This document shows, one piece after another, positions 23,202 through 34,220 of a DNA stretch of 34,628 bases (position 1 is its first letter; each line of letters opens with the position of its first letter). This DNA comes from Octopus bimaculoides (taxonomy: Eukaryota): positions 108,408,296 to 108,442,923 of the forward strand of contig NC_068985.1 of assembly GCF_001194135.2 (NCBI RefSeq), in the 5' to 3' direction. The position numbers and the translations under genes were made by a program. The notes under the pieces were generated by a model. The model did no database searches, was not told the DNA's origin, and was given only the letters and a program-made list of their open reading frames with translations.

Positions 23202-23243
23202 GCACGTACAGCCATTAGCTTCCTCCAATTGCATAAATTCATA

Positions 23244-23282
<39 letters not shown>

Positions 23283-23372
23283 TCATTAGCTTCCTCCAAG
23301 CACATAAATACATAAGCACACACATACACACGTACACCAATTAACCTCCTCCACACACATAAATACATAAAG
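23120..23372. repeat. CA-rich compound minisatellite (3-4 units with core cattagcttcctcca..cataaat(a/t)cataag)
   Basis: The core recurs near 23212, 23285 and 23340, separated by variable (CA)n runs. Confidence 0.8.
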
Positions 23373-23482
23373 CGTTAGTAGTTCCAAGGGACAGCACTGC
23401 TCTCAAAGGGAAAATACTCTGTCTCGACTCATGAATTGTAAAAAAAGACATTATTTAGTTTCAACAAATGCTGTACATTCGT

Positions 23483-23836
23483 CGCGTGGTATCAGAAAGT
23501 TACCGGACTAGATATGTTTAATAAAAAATAACTTATTTACCTAAGTTTTAACACAATCCCCTTCAAAATAGTCAACTTGCACAGCGTTCTTGCCAGTTTT
23601 GGCATTCGGTCTAGAAGTCGTTTTCCGTAAGCGAGTCGAGGACCTTCTGCGATTCGCTCTGGATCTCGATAACTTTTTCATCTGCAGCTGCTAAATCTGG
23701 CGGATAGGGCAGATGCGGAAGCGATACCATGTTGGCGAGAAACACAAGAATGAGGTCAGCTCGGTGACAGGATGCATTGTCACCGTGATTAATCCAATTC
23801 TTCGCCCTCCACAGATCCGATCACTTTCTTTTCATA
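23483..23836 (-). mobile_element. 3' fragment of the same mariner family including the right TIR
   Basis: Minus strand reads DLWRAKNW..DNASCHR..SLPHLPYPPDLAAAD..EIQSESQKVLDSLTENDF. Its 3' UTR (aagttattttttattaaaca) is shared with the 27-28 kb copy; TIR cgcgtggtatcagaaagttaccggact. Confidence 0.88.
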
Positions 23837-24067
23837 TTTGAACTAAAATTTGTGAGTTGTAGTTTAATAGCTCCTCGAATACATAAATGGTGTTTATTCT
23901 AATAAGTGTAGTACATTCATTTACATGCTGAAATGTCACCTGAATGGCTAGTAATGCAGACAGGACCGGATTTGATACAAAGTTGCTATTAGTTCAAATA
24001 TGCTTGAGGCATATTCGAACCCGTAAGAAAGCCATTCACTGTATTTTGAAGGAAAGATGTTAACGCA

Positions 24068-24253
24068 GCGAATCAGTACGCAACTTTCTCTGGCCAGACT
24101 TTTGATGCATGCATTTTGGAGTGGTTATCTCCTCTTCTGTACCTGTGATCGGATGTGTTGATGCTACGAGCTAACACTTATTTTATGCCTACCGTTACAC
24201 TTGTCAATACTAACTACACATCTGACACGATAACCGAAAGCACACAGTCTTCT
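24068..24253. repeat. Right arm of 186-bp perfect inverted repeat
   Basis: Base-by-base reverse complement of 22332-22517. Confidence 0.97.
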
Positions 24254-25077
24254 GTAATGCTGGATATAAATAGATAATCTTCGTGAACTTGATGGTGAAG
24301 ACCAAAACAAAAAACTAAAAGAACATAAATGAAATAAAAATAATTCTTTTTCTGAGAAGTAAAGAAGAGTTGCCTCCCTTTGTACTGTACTAGTGACTCA
24401 AATGGGCAACTTATGATTGCTTACGTGTTCAATCTTTAACATTATGTTGATATCTCTCAAACAAATAATTTCAACCACTGTGTATGAGTTCTTTTCTCTT
24501 TCCCATATCATTATACCCAGTCTGTTATGCTTCCATGTTATTGAGGCCTTAACAGGAACATTCCAAAAGTATTTTGTCATATTATATGTAGTTATACTCC
24601 CCGTATCACGTTTGTATTCCAAGATATTCCTTTTCCACAACTATGTTCCACATGTATTCAAACTTGCAATATCTATTCTGTCACGTTTTCTATTTATGCT
24701 TAGCGTCCGATTCCTTAACCATGTACCACTTTTCCTTAAAACTGTACTTTCCCTATCATTCACTTCATTGTGTTACATATTATAAATGTAAAAAAACGCC
24801 AGTATCTATTGTGTTATATTAACATCTAAATTCTGTAATAATGCACTTTAAGTTGTTGCCTTCAGTAATATATCTGTGTGTACGTTTCTGACTACTGACA
24901 AAAGGACAACAGGCTTGCTAAAGTTCAAAGTGAATGTTAACCGCTTGCATCGAGAAAACATCCCTGTACCCTTGCGAACGAAGGATTGGAAATGTAGAAG
25001 TACACCAGTCTTCAGTTGGCTAACGACCAAGTTTAACCAAAACTTGTATGTGTGTGTGTTTGACCCTGCGTGTTTGT

Positions 25078-25080
25078 GCA

Positions 25081-25148
<68 letters not shown>

Positions 25149-25560
25149 NNNNNNNNNNNNNNNNNNNNNNNNNNNNNNNNNNNNNNNNNNNNNNNNNNNN
25201 NNNNNNNNNNNNNNNNNNNNNNNNNNNNNNNNNNNNNNNNNNNNNNNNNNNNNNNNNNNNNNNNNNNNNNNNNNNNNNNNNNNNNNNNNNNNNNNNNNNN
25301 NNNNNNNNNNNNNNNNNNNNNNNNNNNNNNNNNNNNNNNNNNNNNNNNNNNNNNNNNNNNNNNNNNNNNNNNNNNNNNNNNNNNNNNNNNNNNNNNNNNN
25401 NNNNNNNNNNNNNNNNNNNNNNNNNNNNNNNNNNNNNNNNNNNNNNNNNNNNNNNNNNNNNNNNNNNNNNNNNNNNNNNNNNNNNNNNNNNNNNNNNNNN
25501 NNNNNNNNNNNNNNNNNNNNNATATAATATAATATAATATATATGTATGTATATGTTTCT
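25078..25560. other. (CATA)n/(TA)n microsatellite with assembly gap 25149-25521
   Basis: N run flanked by simple repeats. Confidence 0.97.
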
Positions 25561-26729
25561 GTATTTAAACATATGTGCATATGCATGTAAACAAGCGTAC
25601 ATGGATGAAAATATGGATGTTATTTTATATGTGAGTCTTGCTCCATACTAATCCTTTTGAATTCTTTACATATTTTAACCATACATTTGATAACGTGTAG
25701 CTTCAATATCTTGATCAGGCGTGTCTTACCTGGTTTTTTGAAACCCAGGTTCTTAAGTTTGCTGTTGAGTCAGTTTAGTTACGTAGCTAAGTGTACTAAT
25801 ATTTGTAAGTAGCAGTCTGAAGTTATAGTCGTGAATGAATTATCACTGATTGAATAACCATTGATTTCTCATCAGTTCGACACAGATGTTTCCTTTCTCA
25901 CTCGTCTTAAATATTAGTATCTACTAGTCTACTAGTCAACTTCAGGGGATAATTCCACTCCCACTCCCATTTCCAGATCATTATGCCTTAGTCTGTTATA
26001 CTTTCATGCTTTTGAATTTTTGGCAGGAACATTTTACCGGTATTCTGGCATCACTTTGGTTTCTTATATATTAAAAGCCAGAGAATTGCTCTTTCTTTGG
26101 ACTTCGTTATATAATGTTTTAACCACGACATTACATCGTGATGACATTATCGAACAGATTTTATGATGCAGATGGCATCATTAGTATTAAATCTACGGTC
26201 CTCGTGTCTAAATACTTTGTCTTCATCCCTTACCCTTTGGGACATCAGGTAGTTCGCTATTATTTCTGTTGTGTCGACGCCCCCAAGCGAAGAAGTAGGA
26301 TGGCCCGAGACATATAAATAGAGGTAGTCTGGCCGTGGTAGGAGTGTTGAGTAGCAGTTGTGTAGCGGTTGAGTAGAGATCATCCGAAGGTGCTAGATAG
26401 CAGTAGCTTGAGACATAACAATTTCCTAGTTCCATATTGCAAAAGCTTACTCATCAAAGTAAGAGCTAATATCTCTGTTGTTAGTCCAGAATAGATAACA
26501 CTGGTTACCAATTTTTTTCCCTTAGACATTTAACCTGTGCTTCGTGTGTATAAGATGCAACCCCAGTTCTTTCAGTTAAAATCAAGCATAAGATATTGCA
26601 ATGTGTATACTGGTAAATGCAGTGTTTCATCTTTTGCTTAAAATGCAAGAACTTATGATATTCACATATATGATCGCATAATGTATAGGATCTTCATGTG
26701 GCTTGATAAAAAAACAAAAACAAAACAAA

Positions 26730-26860
26730 ACTCACTTTGGAATCATGTGGTTTGGGGTTCAGTCCCACTGCATGGAAACACCACCAAGTGTCTTCTACTC
26801 TAGTCTCAGGTTAATAAATGCCTTGTGAATAAATTTGATAGATAGACAGAAACTGTGTAT
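26730..26860 (+). mobile_element. Family C SINE 5' half
   Basis: ggggttcagtcccactgcatgg...ccaagtgtcttctactctag...tgccttgtgaataaatttgatagatagacagaaactg. Confidence 0.65.
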
Positions 26861-27047
26861 GTATGTATGTATGTATGTATGTATGTATGTATGTATGTAT
26901 GTATGTATGTATGTATGTAGATAGATATACACGTTAAAGACCTTTTTCAATTCCCGAGCGTTATACTAATACATCTGTTTGTTTTCTACACCACACGTCT
27001 TCGTCTTTTGTTTTATTTTGCGAATTCTCCCTATGTATATATATATA

Positions 27048-28323
27048 TGAGGTAAAGTTCTCGGACTACTTCTGTAGCGCGCCAAAGATGTCAGCACACG
27101 GTTGTGTGCACAATGAGAGCTAGTAGTGACCGCCATGAGGCAGTATGCTCAGTAACATCGCTGTTTTCACTTGTAAATTCTTCGTCTTTATGATCACGTG
27201 TATGCTGTAGTTTGCGATTTTGCCGTGGACAGGTAGTTGGAACAAAGAGCCAACGAGAAATTTTGCGTTAAACTTGGGAAGTCTGCTACTGAGGCACTGA
27301 GCATGCATCGGCAAGCTTACAGCAACAAGGCAATGGATCGTACGCAATGTTTCGAGTGATACGGGCGCTTCAAAAGCGGAAGAATGTCCTGGAACACGAT
27401 GAGCAATTTGGAAGACCTGCCATGAGGGTAACCCCCGAAAATGTAGAGAAAATTTATCAACTTGTGCATGAGGATCGTCGGAGGACAATCAACGACGTTG
27501 CTGATGTTCATGGTCTGTCGTGTAGGTCCGTGCACGCAATCCTAACGCCCGAATTGAACATGCGACGTGTCTCTACCAAATTTGTTGCCCACCTGCTGAC
27601 CACTGAGCAGAAAGAACATCACGTCGATATCTACTAAGATCTCCGTTAGCGCGCAAAGCCGATGACCCATCCTTCATATCGAGGATCCTCATCGGTGACC
27701 AGAGTTAGATCTACGGGTACGACCCTGAGACGAAGCAACAGTCGTCACAATGGAAGAGCCTTTCATCTCTTCGACCGAATAAGGCACGACAGATCCGCAA
27801 CTCAATCAAGAGCATGCTTATCATTTTTTTCGACAGCTGCAGTATTGTGCATCGAAAATTCGTCCCCCAGGGCCATATCGTCAATCGAGAATTCTACTGC
27901 CGCGTTTTGAAACGTTTGAAAGAGGATCTGTGGAGCACGAAGAGTTGGATTCTTAACGTCGATAATGCACCCTGTCACCAAATTCTCCTCACTCCAGAGT
28001 TTCTCGCTCCAAACAACGTTATCGCTTCTACATCAGCCTCATTGGCCAAATTTACCACTTGCGGACTTCCATCTCTTCCCCAAGATAAAATGGCGGCTCG
28101 AAGGTAGCAGTTGTAACACCGTTGTTGAGATCCAGAACGAATCGCTGAAAGCTGTAGATTCACTGGCGGTAAATAGCTTCTAGGCCGGATTCCAAAAGTG
28201 GTGGAAACGCTGAGAGTGGTGTATTGCTGAGCAAGATGACTATTTAGGAGATGGTAGAACTTAGGCAGATAAGTTATTTTTTATTAAACATGACTGATCT
28301 GGAAAATATTTCCTACTACCTCG
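27048..28323 (+). mobile_element. Full-length decayed mariner (DD34D-type) DNA transposon
   Basis: Frameshifted transposase: EQRANEKFCVKLGKSATE, RRVSTKFVAHLLT, IGDQS*IYGYDPETKQQSSQW, FFDSCSIVH, DNAPCH, ADFHLFPK, DYLGDG. Degenerate TIRs (tgaggt..aaagttctcggact / rc cgaggtagtaggaaatatt) and TA on both sides. Confidence 0.92.
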
Positions 28324-28546
28324 TATATATATATACATGCTTGTTTGAGTATATTCCACAAAGCATTTCTTGTGCAGACCCAGAAATCCAGGATCTGGAA
28401 TTATCCAGTAATTTTTGCGAGTTTATTTTGTCTCTTCGCCTTCTCTGCTGGTGCTATATGAACATTTATTGTGGTTTTAGAGTCAAGCTTTGACTGCTAT
28501 TTTCAGCGTGGTAGTATCTCTTAGATACCCTAAATTATAATTAAAA

Positions 28547-28581
28547 NNNNNNNNNNNNNNNNNNNNNNATATATATACATA

Positions 28582-28632
<51 letters not shown>

Positions 28633-28723
28633 ATATATATATATATAAACACACACACACACACATACACACACACACACACACACACTATATATATATA
28701 TGTATAGATACATACATAGATAA

Positions 28724-28756
<33 letters not shown>

Positions 28757-28790
28757 CAGATAGATAGACAGATAGATGTATATATGTGTT
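28547..28790. repeat. Gap 28547-28568 followed by (TATC)/(CA)/(GATA)n compound microsatellite
   Basis: Visible directly. Confidence 0.95.
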
Positions 28791-28990
28791 TGTGTCTTTG
28801 TGCTTGTGCATGTCCCATCACCGCCACCACCGCCACCAATTGACAACCGATGTTGGTTTGTTCCCTTAGCGGTTCCAAGAGGCCGATGGAATAGATCTTG
28901 GACTTCAAAAATAATTACTGGAGTTGATTTGTTAGACTAAATTCTTCAAAGCGCTCTCCCAGCATGATCACATTCCAGTAACTGAAACAA
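28790..28990 (+). mobile_element. Family C SINE 3' half
   Basis: ttgacaaccgatgttggt...ttagcggttc...ccgatggaatag...aattcttcaaagcg..ctcccagcatg. Confidence 0.6.
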
Positions 28991-30976
28991 TTCAAAGAGA
29001 AGCCAAACTCGAAAGTTCTAGGAAAGTAATGGTGCTCTACGTTGAAGAAAATCTATTAAATGATGTTTAAAACGGTATAAATTTATGTGTTGCGAAAAGA
29101 AAAGAATTCTCACACTTCGAAAATGCTGTAATTATTTGTTTTTTAACAGTTTCCCAACATATTTGATCAAATTATTTTTCTTGGATAAAGGTCTCTGTCC
29201 TAAGTGTATCAATTCTTTTGCTTTGGCTGCTTACAAATTTACTTCAATTTTTAAAATGTTATAAATATAGTGAAATAATCATTTTAGAAAACTTTTATAA
29301 ACCTTCGCAAGTACATAAAGAAGGAGAAAACCAATGGAAAAAACACCACGTTAAAATGCGCCTCTCTTTTTAAAAATTCTTTAAACTGGGAAATTCTCAG
29401 CTCAGTGCCATCAATCTGGTTCAACGTTAAATCAATCTGTCTTGTTGCTTATTCGAAATGTTGAGGTTATTATTTTAGCATATTTACCCCTCGGCGTATG
29501 AGATATTACGTTAGTAGTTCAAACTGAATAATTAACCCTCAAAGGCTTCTTGAAATGTTTGAACAGTACATAATATCGACTTTAGTTTCAATTATTTGAT
29601 CATGAAATTTATGAGTGGTAGTGCAATTGGAGTAAAGTTATATTTTTTACTAGGTTTAGATATGAAAAAATTATCTTAGAACAGTGACAAGGCGGAATAA
29701 TCGTATGGAGGTTATTCTAGCGCGTCAAGTCCTTATTTTCTTTTATCAAATCTATCTCGCTCTTAAAATTGTCCATAACAAATGATGGCTTCTTTATTTG
29801 CCTCAAAGGCAAACCACAGAAATAAAGACACAAAGAATGGCTCTTAAAAACTGAATCAGAAATTTATCAATGGAATGCTCTGTACACACAAACACAAACC
29901 CTCATACATACTTACACACGAACAAATACTCATTTTACATACATAATGGAAACTTATACATATGTATGCATACAGTTATAGCCAATAAGTACTGCTTGGA
30001 AACAAATAACCCGTATTTTCCGAATTCATTTAAGATATTCAAACTTATTATGGTTTGAGATATGTATATCTGCATGAAATTTCAAGATACCGAGATACAG
30101 AAATAAAAGCAGTTTAGCTTACACATTGGTAAACTGATTTATGTTTGTGTGTAAACTAATTTGTATGAAACTATTTTGTAAATTAGCTTCATACAAACTA
30201 CATACAAACTAAAACTAGTTGGTATGTAGATATCAGCAACATCTTACCTGGCGTGAATTCGTAAATGTTTAAATTGGTAACCTAGCAGCGTACCAGACAG
30301 TCATGCAGTGTATATTCCATAGCTGTGACTATGGAGATCATGAGATTAAGGAGCATGGGGACTATAAGAATTGACTGCTCTGTTACCTTATAGAACTGAG
30401 TTTCAATCTTGGAGACATTAGGTTGAAGTAGTAATCAATGATGTTCCCAGTGACTTAGGAGGCACAACTTTTTTGTTGTATATTTTATTTTGCCGTGTTT
30501 GTTTTTGGCATTGTCCTGTGCGTCCGTTAGCTATTCCCAGTGGATTTTTGCTACTGGCTCCGCCAAAAGTGAACAATTAACGTCAAAGGCGCGAAATTGT
30601 AATGATCTTTTGGACGTTCACTGATGAGGAATTAGCTTCGAGTTTTCTGTTTATATTCTTGTAAAATTTTTCGTTTGTTGTGTTTTTGTTAAATTTTTAA
30701 AACACATGTTTGATTGAGCGATTAAAATGTGTCGCTATGAGACATATTTATGAATGTATACATGTGTACATGTGAATATCTATCTATCTATCGATCTATC
30801 TATAACATAAACAAACTAGCAATTGTTTTTTCTAGTAAGCATCGAAATGTGTATTGCACGATGATAATTGTATTGCATGATGATAAGATGATAATTTATT
30901 TTCGAACGCAGAAACGCCATTAGAACAGCAGAAATATTGGAAAAATTGCCCTTACGAAGCGGAAAAATTTGTCAAA

Positions 30977-31049
30977 AAACAGCTATGGGTCACGAACCCA
31001 CATTCCTTAAAGACTCCGGCCAAGTTCTTTACCATTAAGCTAAACTGCC
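30977..31049 (-). pseudogene. tRNA-like element / tRNA pseudogene (73 nt) followed by a T6 run
   Basis: GGCAGTT TA GCTT AATGGTA AAGA A CTTGG CCGGAGTCT TTAAG GAAT GTGGG TTCGTGA CCCAT AGCTGTT T folds as a cloverleaf with many G.U pairs. It has a non-canonical 9-nt anticodon loop and lacks A58. Confidence 0.55.
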
Positions 31050-31853
31050 TGTTGACAAACTAATCCGAAGTCTTAGACTCTATAAAGCTAAATGTACAAT
31101 TACGTGTATATAAATATAAGCAAAGATTTGCTGACAACCTTTTCCGCTTTGTAAGGGTAATTTACCCAATATTTCTGCTGCTCTACAGCATCCCTGTGTT
31201 GTATGTATGTATCTATGTAAATAAATATGTAGGTTGGTATATAGATAGATTGAGATTATGCAATAGAAGTAAATCCATAATGGAAGCAGTACTAAAACCA
31301 CACGCATATTCAAATGTACATATATGCTTATTGTATGTTTGTGTTGGTGGTGATGGTGTGTGTGTGGTAAGGTAAACGGGTAAATTTAGGAATCCAGCAA
31401 TAACTCATTGGCATATATAAACTTCCATGGGAATATACCCATTTTCTCATTCATATAACCTTATCGTATAACCATATCATTCATCCATGACATCTTAGAT
31501 ATTAACGTTTAAGTATCCACTCTTGTTGATCTCCACATAAAAAAGCATGTTCTCATATATTAGCGCTAACACAGAGACACTCATACAGGGATACACCCCA
31601 CTCATCCGTACCTAAGTACAAAACATACATGTAGTCGTATAAACCTCCACATGCATACACACAAAATAAAAAGCTATCCCAATGCACAAAGATAAATGTG
31701 ATGATGTTGTTAATATCAAAGTTATGTTATTATCAATATGTAAAAAATCAATCTTATTATTATTAATGTTAATATTATTATTGTTATTATTGTCTTTTAT
31801 TTTGATATCTTGTTCCTGTTTTTTTTCGTTTCCCTTTTGTATATTTTTTTGTC

Positions 31854-32086
31854 TTATAAAAGGTCATTCGTTCTTGCTGGGTCTTCTTGTCTGAGAGCAT
31901 GTGCTGCAATAGTAGGGAAATGAGATTCTGGTGGTACAATGCTCGGCTGAGCCGTGATATCTGTGAACCTTTTGTAACTTATAGATTGTAGTTGACGCCG
32001 ACGCATGAGGCAGACTATGAAGATAGCAACTAAGACGAAGCAACAGACTCCAAGGATTACAGCAACAACCAGACCAGCTCCTATTT
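31854..32086 (-). CDS. Terminal exon of a single-pass membrane protein (TM helix + cytoplasmic tail); upstream exons not identified
   Basis: tgtatttgttgcAG acceptor at 32087-32088, phase 1; IGAGLVVAVILGVCCFVLVAIFIVCL followed by the MRRR stop-transfer signal, then a tail ending ...RTNDLL*. Confidence 0.8.
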
Positions 32087-32198
32087 CTGCAACAAATACA
32101 TAAGTTTGATAATTAGAAAGAATGCATGAAACATAAAGAGTGAAAGAGAGATAAAGAAATGTAGACACATGAGAAAGGAGTAAGAAAACGAAAAATAG

Positions 32199-32203
<5 letters not shown>

Positions 32204-32279
<76 letters not shown>

Positions 32280-32287
32280 AAGAGAGA
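32204..32287. repeat. (GA)n microsatellite
   Basis: Visible directly. Confidence 0.95.
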
Positions 32288-32570
32288 GTTGAAAATGAAG
32301 GGATCTCTTCTATATTGAACAAATCGACCATATGTTAGCAGATTGTATCACCAAACGTCTACGAGACATCCGTTTGAGCAACAATTTATCGTCTGTTTGT
32401 CGCTGTTTCAGATCACCTACACTCACTCGTTCACCCACCAATCTGTGGTGCTATAGTTGATAGCACACGAAAAAAAGGTAAGTGGAGGATTCCGAGGGCC
32501 CACCGCACACCGATTTCAGTGGTAAAAAGTCCTTTGCGGTATATTAGATGAGATTAGTTGATAGCACAAG

Positions 32571-32602
<32 letters not shown>

Positions 32603-33011
32603 NNNNNNNNNNNNNNNNNNNNNNNNNNNNNNNNNNNNNNNNNNNNNNNNNNNNNNNNNNNNNNNNNNNNNNNNNNNNNNNNNNNNNNNNNNNNNNNNNN
32701 NNNNNNNNNNNNNNNNNNNNNNNNNNNNNNNNNNNNNNNNNNNNNNNNNNNNNNNNNNNNNNNNNNNNNNNNNNNNNNNNNNNNNNNNNNNNNNNNNNNN
32801 NNNNNNNNNNNNNNNNNNNNNNNNNNNNNNNNNNNNNNNNNNNNNNNNNNNNNNNNNNNNNNNNNNNNNNNNNNNNNNNNNNNNNNNNNNNNNNNNNNNN
32901 NNNNNNNNNNNNNNNNNNNNNNNNNNNNNNNNNNNNNNNNNNNNNNNNNNNNNNNNNNNNNNNNNNNNNNNNNNNNNNNNNNNNNNNNNNNNNNNNNNNN
33001 NNNNNNNNNNN
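32571..33011. other. Poly(A) run (32571-32602) and assembly gap 32603-33011
   Basis: Visible directly. Confidence 0.97.
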
Positions 33012-33171
33012 GGTGGGTGGGGCTGTGTGTTTGAGCTTGTCCTAAACCTGAATGGGTGCCATTGCAAAGAGATTTTCTCTTTTGAACAAGAAACAAGAAA
33101 TTTTATCTCACCTCCCCTTCTTTCTCTTTCCCACTATACACACACACACACACACACACACACGTACACGT

Positions 33172-33210
<39 letters not shown>

Positions 33211-33263
33211 CAATTCCCCACAAAATAAAAATGCATATACATACAATCATACATTAAACTACT

Positions 33264-33533
33264 CCCCCGCTCAAAAGGTACCTGAATAAATGTTGTTTAA
33301 GGATTCTAAACGAAACACCCAGAGGTGAATTATCCAAATTCCAAAGAATTTCTCTCAACACATGGCTATGATGCACCTCCCTTCTGCTCGTGATCAGAGA
33401 TACACATATTATCAGCCACTAAGGGACATGCTCAACTGGTTAAGGTCAAACAACTGACAAGCAAATTTGTGGTGTTGTGTGTAGAATATTTGCTGTAGTC
33501 CATCTTTTATACCAAGACAAAACAATGTACATG
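33264..33533. repeat. Dispersed repeat family D, copy 1
   Basis: aacgaaacaccc..gaggtgaat..cttctgctcgtgatcag..aagggacatg.tcaactggtta..gaatatttgctgtag..atcttttataccaagac recurs at 33980-34215. Confidence 0.75.
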
Positions 33534-33555
33534 TATTATTCTTCTTCTTCTTATT

Positions 33556-33762
33556 AAGGCAGCGAAATGGTAGAATCGTTAGCTCACCGGGCGAAATGCT
33601 TATCACTATTTCGTCTGCGCTACGCTCTGAGTTCAAAGACCACCAGGATTGATTTTGCTTTTCATCCTTTAGGGATCGATTAAATAAGTACCAGTTAGGC
33701 ACTGGGATCGATGTGATCGACTTAATCCCTTCCCCCAAATTTGAGGCCTTGTGTTTCCAGTA
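33556..33762 (+). mobile_element. SINE family B copy
   Basis: taaggcagcgaaatggtagaatcgttagc...ctctgagttcaaa...ttcatcctttagggatcgat..aataagtaccagtt. Confidence 0.78.
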
Positions 33763-33784
33763 GAAATAATTATTAGTATTATTA

Positions 33785-34220
33785 TTGAGTGAGAGAGCAG
33801 TGCATGCCATCAAAGTGACACTGGGGGAACAATATACAAAGCCCAATATACTTATCATGACTACCCGTCTGATAAGAGTACTCCAGGCACTTGCATCACA
33901 GCAATATGTGAGCGACATGATGATCTGCGTATGACCTTGCAGGTGGGGCCCGCGCAAATGTCCCTGAGGTGGGGGTAAGCGTTTAAGAATGTTGAACGAA
34001 ACACCCTTGTTTCCAGAGGTGAATGATTCAAACTCCAAAGAATTCCTTTCAAGACATGGCGATGGTGCTTCCCCACTACTTCTGCTCGTGATCAGTGATG
34101 CACATATCATCAGCAATCAAGGGACATGTTCAACTGGTTATGGCCAAACAAATGAGAAGCAAGTCTGTGACATTCAGCTGAATATTTGCTGTAGCCTATC
34201 TTTTATACCAAGACGATACA
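33785..34220. repeat. Dispersed repeat family D, copy 2 (longer)
   Basis: Direct, diverged counterpart of copy 1, separated from it by a family B SINE. Confidence 0.75.

Noticed and set aside
22321-24262. Target-site duplication for the inverted-repeat element
   Set aside because: The flanks (cgtaactt vs gtaatgct) share only gtaa, so there is no 8-9 bp duplication.
24876-25602. Long ORFs of 155-218 aa
   Set aside because: Length comes from the N gap and flanking simple repeats.
23483-28323. Two outward-facing mariner right ends as a composite transposon
   Set aside because: Both TIRs are degenerate and differ, and the copies show independent deletions. No shared TSD logic.
30241-30260. ATCTTACCTGGCG resembles the 5' end of U1 snRNA
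   Set aside because: Similarity stops after about 12 nt, with no stem-loops or Sm site. It is better read as a minus-strand splice donor.
30600-30640. TGATGA as a possible C/D snoRNA box
   Set aside because: No properly placed D box or terminal stem.
32516-33096. Long ORFs of 158-183 aa
   Set aside because: Poly(A) plus N gap.
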